Source of the DNA: Octopus bimaculoides
Lineage: Eukaryota
NCBI RefSeq assembly: GCF_001194135.2
Contig: NC_069000.1
Coordinates: 2,148,258 to 2,200,902, forward strand
Direction: 5' to 3'
DNA: 52,645 nt
The translations under genes and the position numbers were made by a program. Below are positions 1 to 10,889 of the stretch, in pieces (position 1 is the stretch's first letter; each line of letters opens with the position of its first letter). The notes under the pieces were generated by a model. That model did no database searches. It was given only the letters and a program-made list of their open reading frames with translations, and was not told the origin of the DNA.

Positions 1-52
<52 letters not shown>

Positions 53-80
53 GAGTCATTTTTATATGCAGGTATAACAT

Positions 81-510
81 AGGTAGATTCATGACTGCGT
101 GGCTAAAGCGTACTTACAGCCATGAGATTTCATGTTCAATCCCACTGAGCACCAATTTGAGCAAGTGTCTTCTAAAATATAACCGTAGTCTGTGAATATA
201 GTGTTAGTGGGATTCGTGGAGGGAGAGTGTGCAGAAGCCCTCCAAAATTCACAAACACGAACACAAACACATACACAATACAAAATCAGACATCCATTAG
301 CAAACATGTGTGTGTCTAAGTTTGTCTTCGCGCATGTCACCCTCTGCCTGTTGACAACCTCTGTTGCTTGGTTTACGTCCACGTACCATAGAATGTGTAG
401 CAGACTTAGCAATTAGTATTGGAATCGATATTCTTTTCGAGGCAATATTTTACGCTGGTATTTCAGAGTGGCCGCAGCTTAATAACTGGAACAAGTAAAA
501 GATGAATGAT
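81..510 (+). mobile_element. Degenerate tRNA-derived SINE (head, internal CA/TA-rich spacer, tail); same family as 6588-7170
   Basis: Head 'gactgcgtggctaaag...gttcaatcccactgagcaccaatttgagcaagtgtcttcta' and tail 'ttgacaacc...tttacgtcc...tggccgcagc...gaacaagtaaaag' align by eye with the better-preserved copy at 6588-7170. Confidence 0.75.
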
Positions 511-519
511 ACAATGGTA

Positions 520-720
520 TAAATATATAAATAAGATAAAAAAAAATACACATCGTATACAGGACATAACCAACGAGTGAAAAATGCGTAAACACACGAG
601 AGATAAATACAGGACCAAGTACCAAACAAAGATAACTCCTCATCAGTTGTCGGACTGTTTATTACTGCTATATACTCTAAATATTATATCTACTGGTAAA
701 TGTTGGACGGGTTTTCAAGT
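520..720 (-). mobile_element. Probable Penelope-like element terminal fragment
   Basis: Minus strand contains 'aaacagtccgacaactgatgaggag', similar to the CTGATGA(A/G)G-containing ends typical of Penelope-like elements and to 48830-48870. No coding motif seen. Confidence 0.35.
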
Positions 721-1339
721 CATCGTCTCCGGTGTGATTTGAAACCAGAGCATGAAGTTATGAAATACATAACTGCTGCAGATACTTAATTGTTTTGCTA
801 TGCTTTTCTGCTTTTTCCATCTCCCTTCGTACTCACTAATATTATATACGTGATTGATAGATATGTACATATATGCATGTATGATTGTATATATATATAT
901 ATATATATACACATACATATATATATATTTACACAATTAAATGTATATGACTGCGTGTAACATGTGCGTGTGTGTGCGTATGTATTATGTGCATATATGT
1001 TTCCATGTATGCTCTACACACAGCTCAAATAACGTTTTTCGTCTCGTATTAACATTTTAATCAATATTTTTTTTCTACACAGAGAGAAAATGTGATTGGA
1101 ATTTGCTTTCAATATTCGTTTTATTTTTTTCGACTGGAAATTTGTAATTGATACTTATATTTTCGGAAAACGAATATCACGTGCAAAATATATGAAAGTA
1201 GAATCCGAACTATTTCCTAATTTAAGTTAAGAAAAACTCATAAAATTTATTATTAAGTCAATTTTAAATGTATTTTTTTCCCTTCCGAAATTTTGATTCT
1301 AGTATCAAATAAAATATCACTTTGTAAAGTTACTTTTTC

Positions 1340-2320
1340 ATAAACTATTTTTTTTTTCATTTTAAAGCAGTTCTCAACCCCTTCATGGTTATTTGAAAAA
1401 CATGACGCTTTTCAGTGTCACTAATTTCATTCTTTCGTAGAAACATGGGTGAAAATATAGTATAAATCTGTTCCAATGAGGAATGCAGTTCACCGGAATG
1501 TAGGATAATATTACAGTAAATGCTGGAGTATATAATAACTAATATATTTATTATTGTGTTTGCAAAAGGATGTCCTTTCCTGAAAGCTCGTACGCTGTTG
1601 CATTTTGTTACTTTCAAGAAAGTCATTCTGTATTTTATTGCGCTATCTTGTTAAGAGGATTATCACCATCCAGTGAGGCTGGTTGAATAAGCTAAATCTT
1701 CAAACTTTCAGGACGAAATTTGTTTTATTTTCAAAAACATCTCCACATTTGTTAAATACTCAATGGAGTAAAATCAGGTATAAATTCGAAGAATCGTTTA
1801 GACACCAAATTCCCAACTTTACCAAAAACGCGCCACAATTTTCTTCGATGACAAGCATCATCCTGCCTATTATCATATTTCCTACCGATTCATTAGCACT
1901 TGTCAGTTCTACTTCACACACTGATTGTTTTCTCAAAATAGTTGATTATCTTCTCATTGACTCCGCATGCCTTCAGGCACACCAGGAACTAATAGTGTGG
2001 AAAATTGTCGTAAGCCTTCCAGTAATCTATGCAGCCAAATACTAAATTCTTCTTTCTGAAGTGTTCTATCTATATACAGCACACCAGCAGGTCCCGTTTT
2101 AATAGGTCTATGCTCACTGACTTTCTTCTGTTTCTATTTTTTTGCTCTTATGTATCAGCATTGTCCTTCATTTTATCATCCAAGCTACCTAAGTTTCGGA
2201 CTCGTCAAATACGTTTGCAAACGCAAAATTGATTAGTCTTCATCAGCTGGATTTATATGGACAATATTTCAAATGTTGCTACATCAATGCCAGTACAGTC
2301 GCCTGAACTCATAGCCGTTA
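1340..2320 (-). mobile_element. Decayed non-LTR retrotransposon reverse transcriptase (R4/Dong-like)
   Basis: Minus-strand translation gives 'WMIK*RTMLIHK...RPI' (~2182-2101) and 'KNLVFGCIDYWKAYDNFPH...LKACGVNEKIINYFEK...ELTSANES' (~2051-1880). These match the W-x-x-GRT-x-LI-x-K and IDY-x-KAYD-x-x-PH RT motifs. Multiple stops and frameshifts. Confidence 0.7.
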
Positions 2321-2673
2321 ACAGACCGAGAACAGTGAAAAAATTTCAATGAAAAGTAAAATATTGCAATATAAATGTATTACATTTCAGTAAAATAAAG
2401 CACCGTAAAGGTAGAAGTATAAATACAGAGTAGTGTTACTACAAGGCACTAATGTTTACTGGAAATAGCAGTCGATACATTTCCGACACTATAGTGAAGC
2501 TTCAATGTGTATAAATAGATCACATAAATCTAGCTACAATGTGTAAATGGTATGAACATATAAATAATTCTCACTAAATCCTATTGATGAAGTTCCCATC
2601 TTTGTTTTCTTGTATACACATTGAGAATCTGTGACGTAGTCGACTGTTAACGATTAAAATCAATAACTAGCAT

Positions 2674-3185
2674 TCACTTAATAGATTTATGTTCGAAATA
2701 ATCACTAGCAACAAGATATAAGGATGAAAGGCTAGGAAAAGTTTGGAAGATTGAAAGACTTGTATGTGAATTAAGAATAGTAATTTTGGTAGTTTCGTTA
2801 CTACGCCTAATAAATAGATATATTATATTCGGCGAGAAATATACATTACACATCTCTGGCTGGTTTTGACAAGTAATACTAAATCTTGTTTCGGCATGAA
2901 AGGAAATTGACTTAGCCACTGTGACATTGATATAAAGTTCAAATAACTTAGTTATATTTTCAATGATAAAGTGTGATCTGGAATTACGTTAACATAAGAG
3001 AAGATAGGAGTTTGATGTTTAAATGTGGAGGGATATTGATAAACTTCTAAGATAATTGCTGCCAGATTTGAGAAGTTGTAATCAGTTCTGTAACACTCAG
3101 TAATGAAATTAATATGATTAATATGGTGGAATATGGTCACATTGAGTAAGCTATCCGATTTTACATCGTTGTGTTCGATAAGAAT
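2674..3185 (-). pseudogene. Candidate coding exon or pseudo-exon of an unknown, possibly extracellular protein; two overlapping open frames that a 1-nt frameshift would join
   Basis: Frame A opens immediately after 'ttgtag|' at 3185 (ILIEHNDV...HTLSLKI*, stop at 2952). Frame B is open 2988-2674 (RNSRSHFIIENITK...HKSIK*). Five N-x-S/T sequons (NVT, NFS, NIT, NVT, NET). No family recognised and no Trp residues. Confidence 0.3.
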
Positions 3186-3474
3186 CTACAAGCGGTAATT
3201 CTTTATTTGAATTTGGCATTAATTCAATTTGCGTAACGAAAATTAAATAGTGTACAACATCTGTATACACAGTGCATAACAATTTGGTATGATATTTAAG
3301 AATTAATTTTTATCAGAGAATTATGAATTTAGCTTATCACAGATTAGCATGAGTAGATGAATTTCCCCGTCCGAGAAATTTTAAACACACAAACACACGC
3401 GTTCACATACATACACAGACACACATATGCATACATACCCACCCCCTTATCTTTCAATATTCACATTTACATAC

Positions 3475-3752
3475 ATGACACGCGTGATGGCTGCAACTCG
3501 ATTTCGAGTAATGCCATTGCCTGATTTGTCTTAAAGCAGCGCGGAAATGGTTTTATAGTTTTGATAAGGACATATATTTCTTGCACTGATTTAGCTTCTT
3601 GTTGCAAATCTTCATATAGCTTTCTAGCCCCGTCGATACATACATTTATTCCATCGTAGAATTTTTCATTGAGTCTTTTCCCTTTCCCAGCTTCAGCCAG
3701 CCACAGCATGCAACACATAATACCGATGTTAAAAATAGAGTATTGCCTGAGC
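3475..3752 (-). CDS. Candidate exon encoding a signal-peptide-like N-terminus of an unknown secreted protein
   Basis: Acceptor 'tatttcag|' before 3752. Frame LRQYSIFNIGIMCCMLWLAEA-GKGKRLNEKFYDGINVCIDGARKLYEDLQQEAK...QPSRVS is open to a GTATGT donor after 3475, with a second phase-0 GTATGT donor after 3644. The hydrophobic stretch ends in A-E-A. Start codon not located. Confidence 0.4.
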
Positions 3753-3949
3753 CTGAAATATTTTTTAAAATGAAGAAAGGCGTTGTAAAATGTCAATCCG
3801 ATACTTTAAACAATGTATGCATTTGTATATATTTGCCTTATATTAAGAAATAGTCAACATGTGTAAATCATTGGATGAAAAGAAAGTTGCAGATGTTTCC
3901 TTCTCTAAACGAGCTACCTATACAAAGACTGGGGCGTTTCTCATGACAT

Positions 3950-4620
3950 GGTAACAGGTTATGTGGCTCTTCCAATTAATGTTGATATGGAGCGGAACTT
4001 TTGTGAATTAGAAACGAAAATAGAGTTCAAGAAAGAGAAGCTTATTGCCTCTCCTTTGCCAATGAAATCCTTTCATAACGCATTGTCTTTTTTTATTCTA
4101 GAGTTAATAGAGTCGAAGATTGTCTGTAGTTGGCTCTTCCGAAATTCATGTCACTCAGTTGCTGGTAGAATTCGTCTGTTTCAAGGCGTGGACCATAAAC
4201 TGAACGAATGTAATAAAGCTGTTTTCAGATAATGGTACAAGAAGATAATACATTCGTTGACAGCAGTATATTGCCAACCCATGAAATTATCTGACGGAAT
4301 GACCTATAACACGCGGAATGCGACAGAAGGAGTGAGGAAATGAAATTGCAACGGTTTACCGGCGACTTATTTTCATCTATAGAAGCATTAGGTTTTCAGT
4401 CAGTGATTCTGGCATCGACCTGTTCTACCATTTCAACTGTTACTGAGATCCAACATTATCGTTTACTCCAACCGTTTTTCAGTCCTTGAAGACTTGAAGC
4501 GAAGTGGTTGTTCAGTTCCGGTTCTCGTCTTCAACAATGATTCCAATGTTGCCCTTACCAGAAACAATAGATTTCTGATGGCATTACTTTCAAAATCGCT
4601 GAACTAAGGAAACCTTTCAC
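3950..4620 (-). mobile_element. Decayed LINE (RTE-like) apurinic endonuclease fragment
   Basis: Minus strand reads 'SVYGPRLETDEFYQQLSD' (4203-4150), matching the RTE APE motif S-x-YAPT...DEFY-x-QL. Degenerate WNVRT-like and GDFN-like segments flank it in the expected order. Confidence 0.55.
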
Positions 4621-4833
4621 CGCGACATGAAATATCGAATTTGAGAGAATACGTTTTGGTCAAATAAAGTTTACGTCTCGCAGAAGACATATACTTCTAC
4701 TGCTGCATAACATCATAAAACATTCTACCAGTTTGTTCCGAGGTGAAAATCAAATCTTAACTACGTTCATTCTTGTGTCCATGTCTAGAAAGAAAATTAT
4801 TATAAACCAAATTATAATAGACACTTCATTCTT

Positions 4834-4836
<3 letters not shown>

Positions 4837-4913
<77 letters not shown>
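4837..4913. repeat. (TA)n microsatellite, representative of dozens in the window (e.g. 1-48, 9476-9535, 50915-50964)
   Basis: Direct inspection. Confidence 0.98.
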
Positions 4914-4915
<2 letters not shown>

Positions 4916-5403
4916 CACACACACAAACACACACACGCACTCACACAAACATCTATCTTGACAAATCTCGTTTAAAATATATGACAGCTTAATAGAATAT
5001 TTCTTTTTTTGTCTCTACCTTGTATTCACCCGAGTGAATGATTAGATGTTGTAAATACATAATTTATTGTATGATTCGTTTCTTTTTTTTTTTAATGTCA
5101 CGTTATATTTTCCAATAACTTTTTTTACAAAATCACGCATCACTCACAGAAGATATTGAGATTTCGGTGTATTTGTAAGACAGTCAAATTTAGAACGGGC
5201 ATATCTACAAAAAACCTTGAACTATAATTCCCCAATAAACACTAGATAAACACGAGGCACCGATAAAAAAGCTTCATTGTTGATATCCAATCTTCATATA
5301 TTTACTCTATAATGGTAAGACCGATTATTAAATCTGATCGTGAGCGAGAGTACGAACAGACTCACAAATCTAAATCAGACAAAAATAATACCAGCGTATA
5401 GTA

Positions 5404-5720
5404 ATTAAGTGGTGTACAAATTTTCCCCTTTTGCTCAATATAAAGTAAATACATGATCAATAAATATCCGGAGTGTTGCCAAAGTAACGAAGCTAAAGCA
5501 CGTAGAGTAAAGCCACTTTGCACAGATTGGCCTTAGACTCTGTTGTGCATGCGTACTAAATTTTAACTTTCTAGCTGAGTTCAGTTGTTTACAGCATTGC
5601 TCGGAGTGGAGTGAATGAGCCGCACACAAGTGTACGACTAGTTCAGACGTTTCAAAGATGGACGAAAAATGTCGAAATTGACGAACGTTCTGGGAGATCT
5701 GCAACCAGCAGAACTGAGAA
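5404..5720 (+). mobile_element. Mariner (Tc1/mariner) 5' fragment: TIR-like start and transposase HTH remnant
   Basis: 'attaagtggtgtacaaa' resembles a mariner TIR start. 5630-5720 reads VYD*FRRFKDGRK.VEIDERSGRSATSRTEK, matching the mariner W-x-x-RFK-x-G...DDERSGRP motif. Confidence 0.75.
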
Positions 5721-5740
5721 AGACATTATATACGCATTTG

Positions 5741-5782
<42 letters not shown>

Positions 5783-6370
5783 CATGCAGATAGATAGATG
5801 TCTAAAGATATTGATATTTGTAACTCTGGCAAATATTTTGGTCGTTAATTCGATCACACTTTGTATTATTGAATACATTACATCTTTAAATTCGAACAGG
5901 CGTTCGATATTTTCCGCACTTATCATACCAACTGAGTTCTTTACTAAATTATTTTAGACGACAAAATATTTTCATTTATTTAGAAATCATATCAGATCGA
6001 TTAAGAAGATGCTTCTAATTGAATATAAACACTCTTTATTTTATATCTAACGATGTTTCGAGGTAATACAGTTATAACATAACCTATTACACTTTATATC
6101 CAGTACAATATAGCTTTGATATACATAACAAAACAAATTGATTTCCCGAAACAATATCAAATTAAAATACAACTGATACAAATAACAACATATTTATTGA
6201 CAATATCGAAATTTCCACTCGAACGATTACGACGAGACAAAATGAAAGACAACGTTTTGTTGAACTGTCGTATTATAAACGAGAGTTTCCATAGATTGAT
6301 TGTACAGAGTTCTTGAACAAAGTCTCATGTACAATATAAGCAATGAATAAAAATGTAGATATATATTACA

Positions 6371-6412
<42 letters not shown>

Positions 6413-6528
6413 NNNNNNNNNNTAAGACAATCACTGTTCCTCAGCATAGCCTACACTTTAACGTTATCCCGAAGCAAGACAAGGAAGAAGAAGGTTCCAT
6501 TACTTGGAAACAATATCTGGACAAATTG

Positions 6529-6576
<48 letters not shown>

Positions 6577-6587
6577 TTATAAATACA

Positions 6588-6753
6588 GGTGCAGGCGTGG
6601 CGGTATGGTAAGAAGCGTGTTTGCCAACCGCATGGTTCCGGGTTCAGTCCCACTGCGTGGCATCTTAGGAAGGTGTCGTCTACTATAGCCACGAGATAAC
6701 TAAAGAGGGGACTTGTTAGACGGAATCTGAAAGGAGCCCGTTGTATATGTACG

Positions 6754-6786
<33 letters not shown>

Positions 6787-7170
6787 NNNNNNNNNNNNNN
6801 NNNNNNNNNNNNNNNNNNNNNNNNNNNNNNNNNNNNNNNNNNNNNNNNNNNNNNNNNNNNNNNNNNNNNNNNNNNNNNNNNNNNNNNNNNNNNNNNNNNN
6901 NNNNNNNNNNNNNNNNNNNNNNNNNNNNNNNNNNNNNNNNNNNNNNNNNNNNNNNNNNNNNNNNNNNNNNNNGTGTGTCCCTCCCCACATATCACTTGAC
7001 AACCGATGTTTGTGTCTTTACGTCCCCTAACTTAACGGTTCGGCATAACAGACTAATAGAACAAGTACAAGGCTTACAAAGAAGTCCAGGGAACGATTTC
7101 TTCGCCCAAAAGTTGATGCTCCAGCATGGTCCAAGTCAAATGCCTGAAACAAGTAGGAGAATAAAAGAAT
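6588..7170 (+). mobile_element. tRNA-derived SINE with internal microsatellite (interrupted by gap 6787-6972)
   Basis: A-box-like 'tggcggtatgg' and B-box-like 'gggttcagtcc' in the head, then (TA)n and the gap, then tail 'cacttgacaaccgatg...ctccagcatgg...tgaaacaagtaggagaataaaagaat'. Confidence 0.85.
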
Positions 7171-8683
7171 ATATGTATTTGTGTGTATGTGTGCGGTGTT
7201 TATGTACCAATAAACAGTTCAATAAGACATCTTCAAACTCCATATACGTTATTGTAATCCATTTTATAAAACGACGTATTTTCTCAGTACAAAATATTTC
7301 ACATTATAAGGACATTTAAACGGTACAATCTTTATATCCCTGCCTCAATGCACCTCTCTTTGTTTTTGCATTGTTGCTACTGTTTTCTCTCTTTGTGTCC
7401 AATTGCCACTAATTACTTATTTCGTTCCGTGCTTTGCTTACTAATTCCGAATGTCTAGATAGAGTAACCTGGCCAAGTGCTATGACGCATTTTCATAAAC
7501 TGTGGAAGGTGATTTCATTCTCACTAATTTGGTTTCCTTTCGGTCTTGAACTTTCTTTGACGGTTTGCGCCTTCATTGATGAATAAATGCAGTTTGTCCA
7601 GATATTTAACGATACAACTCAGTAAGATTCACATGAGGCGCTATTTCAATCGAGCGGATGTAATGAGAAAGCTAGCGTATGTAGTTGATTCTTTTGATGC
7701 TGAGACTAGAGATAAAGTCAATTTTAATTAATGAAACTTTCGTCACAACTGTCGCAAATATAGGGAAGAATGAAGCATACAATTTCCTCATGAGGTCAGA
7801 ATAGAAGTGAGGTGCATCTGGGAATCTTCGCCATATTCTCGAAAAGGTGAACGTAACAGTTGATTTTTACAAAAAAATGTTTTTTCGTCATCACGTTTGT
7901 CACTATTTAGCGTTTGTATGTTTTTTACCGGCTGCAAATATACAACACTGACTTCGAGTATTGGATATCTCTGGTAAGCATACAGCGATTTCGCTGGTTC
8001 CATCTCAATTTACAGAATAAACCAAAATTGTATAATATATTAAAGGCTATTGAATACTTATAGAACGAAAATTTTAAAATTCCTGATGAAGGTTATAGTT
8101 GATTTGTCCGATATCAGTTGATGCCTAGCTTGGCTGGTACATAACATATCGAGTCCGAACGAAATTGTAAGTCCATCGAGGTGGGACATCATCAAATCCT
8201 AAATGTCTGTTACAAAAAGAGACAAGGTATTGTAACAGAGGCTTTATTCATATCAGCAGTGGCCTACCCTATGCAGATACTGAACTTACACCAATTTAAT
8301 AATAATATTTGCGAAAAATATAATAACATATCAACACAAAGAGGATTAGAAGTAATAAATAAGTAAAATTTGGATATCGCAATTGTTGGTAAATGGGTCC
8401 CAGATACCGTGACGCAAACGCACCACCATTCATTTTGTTAAAGATATCAACCATTGTAGTACATATGCGCTATATGAAGCTGTTCAAAAATTGAAAGATA
8501 TGACTAGAGTTGAACTGAATAAAAGCATAAAAGTACGACTGATTGCAACGAGATGTTCGCTATGTGACAATCATTTTGTAAATATAAACTCAGATAACGT
8601 GTGACGTAATTCTATAGAATGTTGACGTTTATGACGTAGTGGCTTTCATTGTGCTTCAATGTGGTTACGATGGTGAGGAGAAA

Positions 8684-8719
<36 letters not shown>

Positions 8720-9064
8720 GTGTGTGTGTAAACAGAGACACGTTGACATAGAGGAGTATTGGTTCTTCTGAATAATGAATACACTCCCCTGTAAAATTTG
8801 CCATTAACGCACGCTTGGAAAAAAACGGAAATGGTTATTTGGTATGAGTAAATGCAAAGGAACAACCTCGTAGCGGTAATGAAATAGTGGAATAAAGAAT
8901 GCGTGGCAAAATTACGCTACATACACGATAGCAAGGAAAGAACCCGGAGTCATCTATCGCAAATCGCAGAACTATCGGAAAAAATTTCAAGTGGACTTTT
9001 GAACTGAAGCAAAACCTATAACACTTCTACAGAAATACTATTGAAGACCCGGAGGCGTCACGCA

Positions 9065-9125
9065 GTCTGACTGAACCCAGAAGCTTGTGGTTGGAAAGCA
9101 AGCTTCTTTCACTCTCTTTCTCTCC
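9065..9125 (-). mobile_element. SINE head fragment, inverted relative to 6588-7170
   Basis: 'ctgaacccagaagcttgtggttggaaagcaagcttct' is the reverse complement of the head seen at 6605-6650. Confidence 0.6.
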
Positions 9126-9469
9126 CTCTGTGCATAAAAATATACAGTTATATACGTAAGCTTGTATCCATACATATTAATATTTGTGTTTACGTTTAAA
9201 TATAAAAGCAATTTGAACGTTAAACTGAAAGATTGTTCATTGCATGTTTGTACATTCTTATTAACTAATACAGTCTTATGGATAGAAGCAAAATGAACTT
9301 GGAATTCACTTTTAAACTTTTTCTTGTAACTGTTAAATATATATGTATGAAGTTTTGATGTTTCTCCCTAATCTGTTCATCTAAAAGTCTTCCTTTGTCT
9401 CTCTCTACACACATAGATATACATACACAAGTATGTGTAAATGTGTACAATCACATATATCTATATAAG

Positions 9470-9542
<73 letters not shown>

Positions 9543-10429
9543 CTAATACGTAATAATTTATATAAGTATATGTGTATATATACTCATAAGTTGTTCAGTG
9601 ATGTTTTATTTAAACGAAAATCCAGCTTTTGTATATCCATATAGTAGATAAGTATTACCATTCGATTTCCTAATTTGATAGGGAGAAAATATTGTGTTTC
9701 AGTTTATAAATGTTATCATACCGTCTCTGACGTATTACTCTTCAGTGTTATACAAAAAAAAAAGAAGAAAATTGGCACGATAGACATGATGCATATTGGA
9801 AAGATAAAGGAATAAGACGAAAACCAAATGATTTTTATTCTTATTTTACACAAAATTCCTTGATGAAAAATTTAAAGCAAAGGAGAATAATCGCTTATCA
9901 GAGTACGCATGGATGAATAACAAGAACCGACTAACTCACCACAGATTTCTTTCAGCTTATAAAGACAGGAATAATTTTCCTTTAGCTTCTGGATTTTTTA
10001 AATTTCTTGAAAAACAAGATACGATCAACCGACATCACTAAAACCTAAAGCAGAATTTTTATTCTCAAAGAACTTTTGCACATTCATATATTTTTCAATA
10101 TTTATGATCTTTTCGGTTCTGCTTCTACTAGTGTTTCGCCAGTTTAGTATATTTTATCATTTTGACAGACAAAAGATTCCCCGATATCGTGGATGCTCGG
10201 CAAACGATTGATTCCTGGTTCGCATACGTTATTACATTTTCTGACTAGATATAATGGCATTTACCCAATACAACTGATTTCTTATTATTAATGTTGAAAG
10301 ACTGCAAGGACGGAGATGGGACACAGGTGTCCCATCAGTGACTCTAACAGAGACACACTATGTGCGTGTGGGTATGTGTGTGTGTTTGTTAGTGCTTTCG
10401 TAGTAAGAGGCATCGCTTGAAGAGTGTTA

Positions 10430-10632
10430 CAGACAAAAATCAAATTTACTCAAAACGAATAAAATGCCAAGTAGTTGAAGAAATCCAAGATAATGTGACG
10501 AACTGCTTAGCATCTCAAAAAAAGAAGGAGTTTCAGAAATGCTTCCTTCAATTTAAACGCTACTGGATAAAATGTGGAGTTTCAGAAGGGGATAATTTGC
10601 AGATGATTAACTGCCGAATTGATGAGTTGTAA
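10430..10632 (+). mobile_element. Mariner transposase C-terminal remnant
   Basis: 'VEEIQDNVTNCLASQKKKEFQKCFLQFKRYWIKCGVSEGDNL' matches the mariner C-terminus pattern (EEIQ...F..W.KC...EG.YF). Confidence 0.7.
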
Positions 10633-10744
10633 ATAGAAATAATATATTTCTAAATCTCCTAGGGAGATTTATGCAGTAGCAGCACGATAAAGTGATAGTA
10701 TGCTGTCAACTTAATGTGACAGTCCTATGAAAGGGAAGAATGCT

Positions 10745-10889
10745 ACTGTTATTTAGTCTTAGGAAACACCGTTTCCTGTTGGACTTGACATATTTCCTGA
10801 AAACATAAGGAATATTTATGATAAAGTAAGGACACAGGAAATGTAGCAAGTCCAACAGGAAACAGTGTTTCCTAGGGCTAAATAACAGT
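10745..10889. repeat. Inverted repeat / hairpin, 55-bp arms with 35-nt loop (MITE-like)
   Basis: 10745-10799 (actgttatttagtcttaggaaacaccgtttcctgttggacttgacatatttcctg) is the near-perfect reverse complement of 10835-10889, with only a handful of mismatches. Confidence 0.9.

Noticed and set aside
1683-2045. 120-aa + strand ORF
   Set aside because: It is antisense to the decayed LINE RT and has no protein features of its own.
2674-3752. Cys-loop / chemotactile receptor resemblance (ARKLYEDL, LNVTI, TPIFSYVN, TCQNQPEMCNVYF)
   Set aside because: The Cys spacing is 6 rather than 13, the conserved Trp residues are absent, motif spacing is inconsistent and no transmembrane helices follow.
3948-4232. 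94-aa + strand ORF
   Set aside because: It is antisense to the RTE-like endonuclease remnant.
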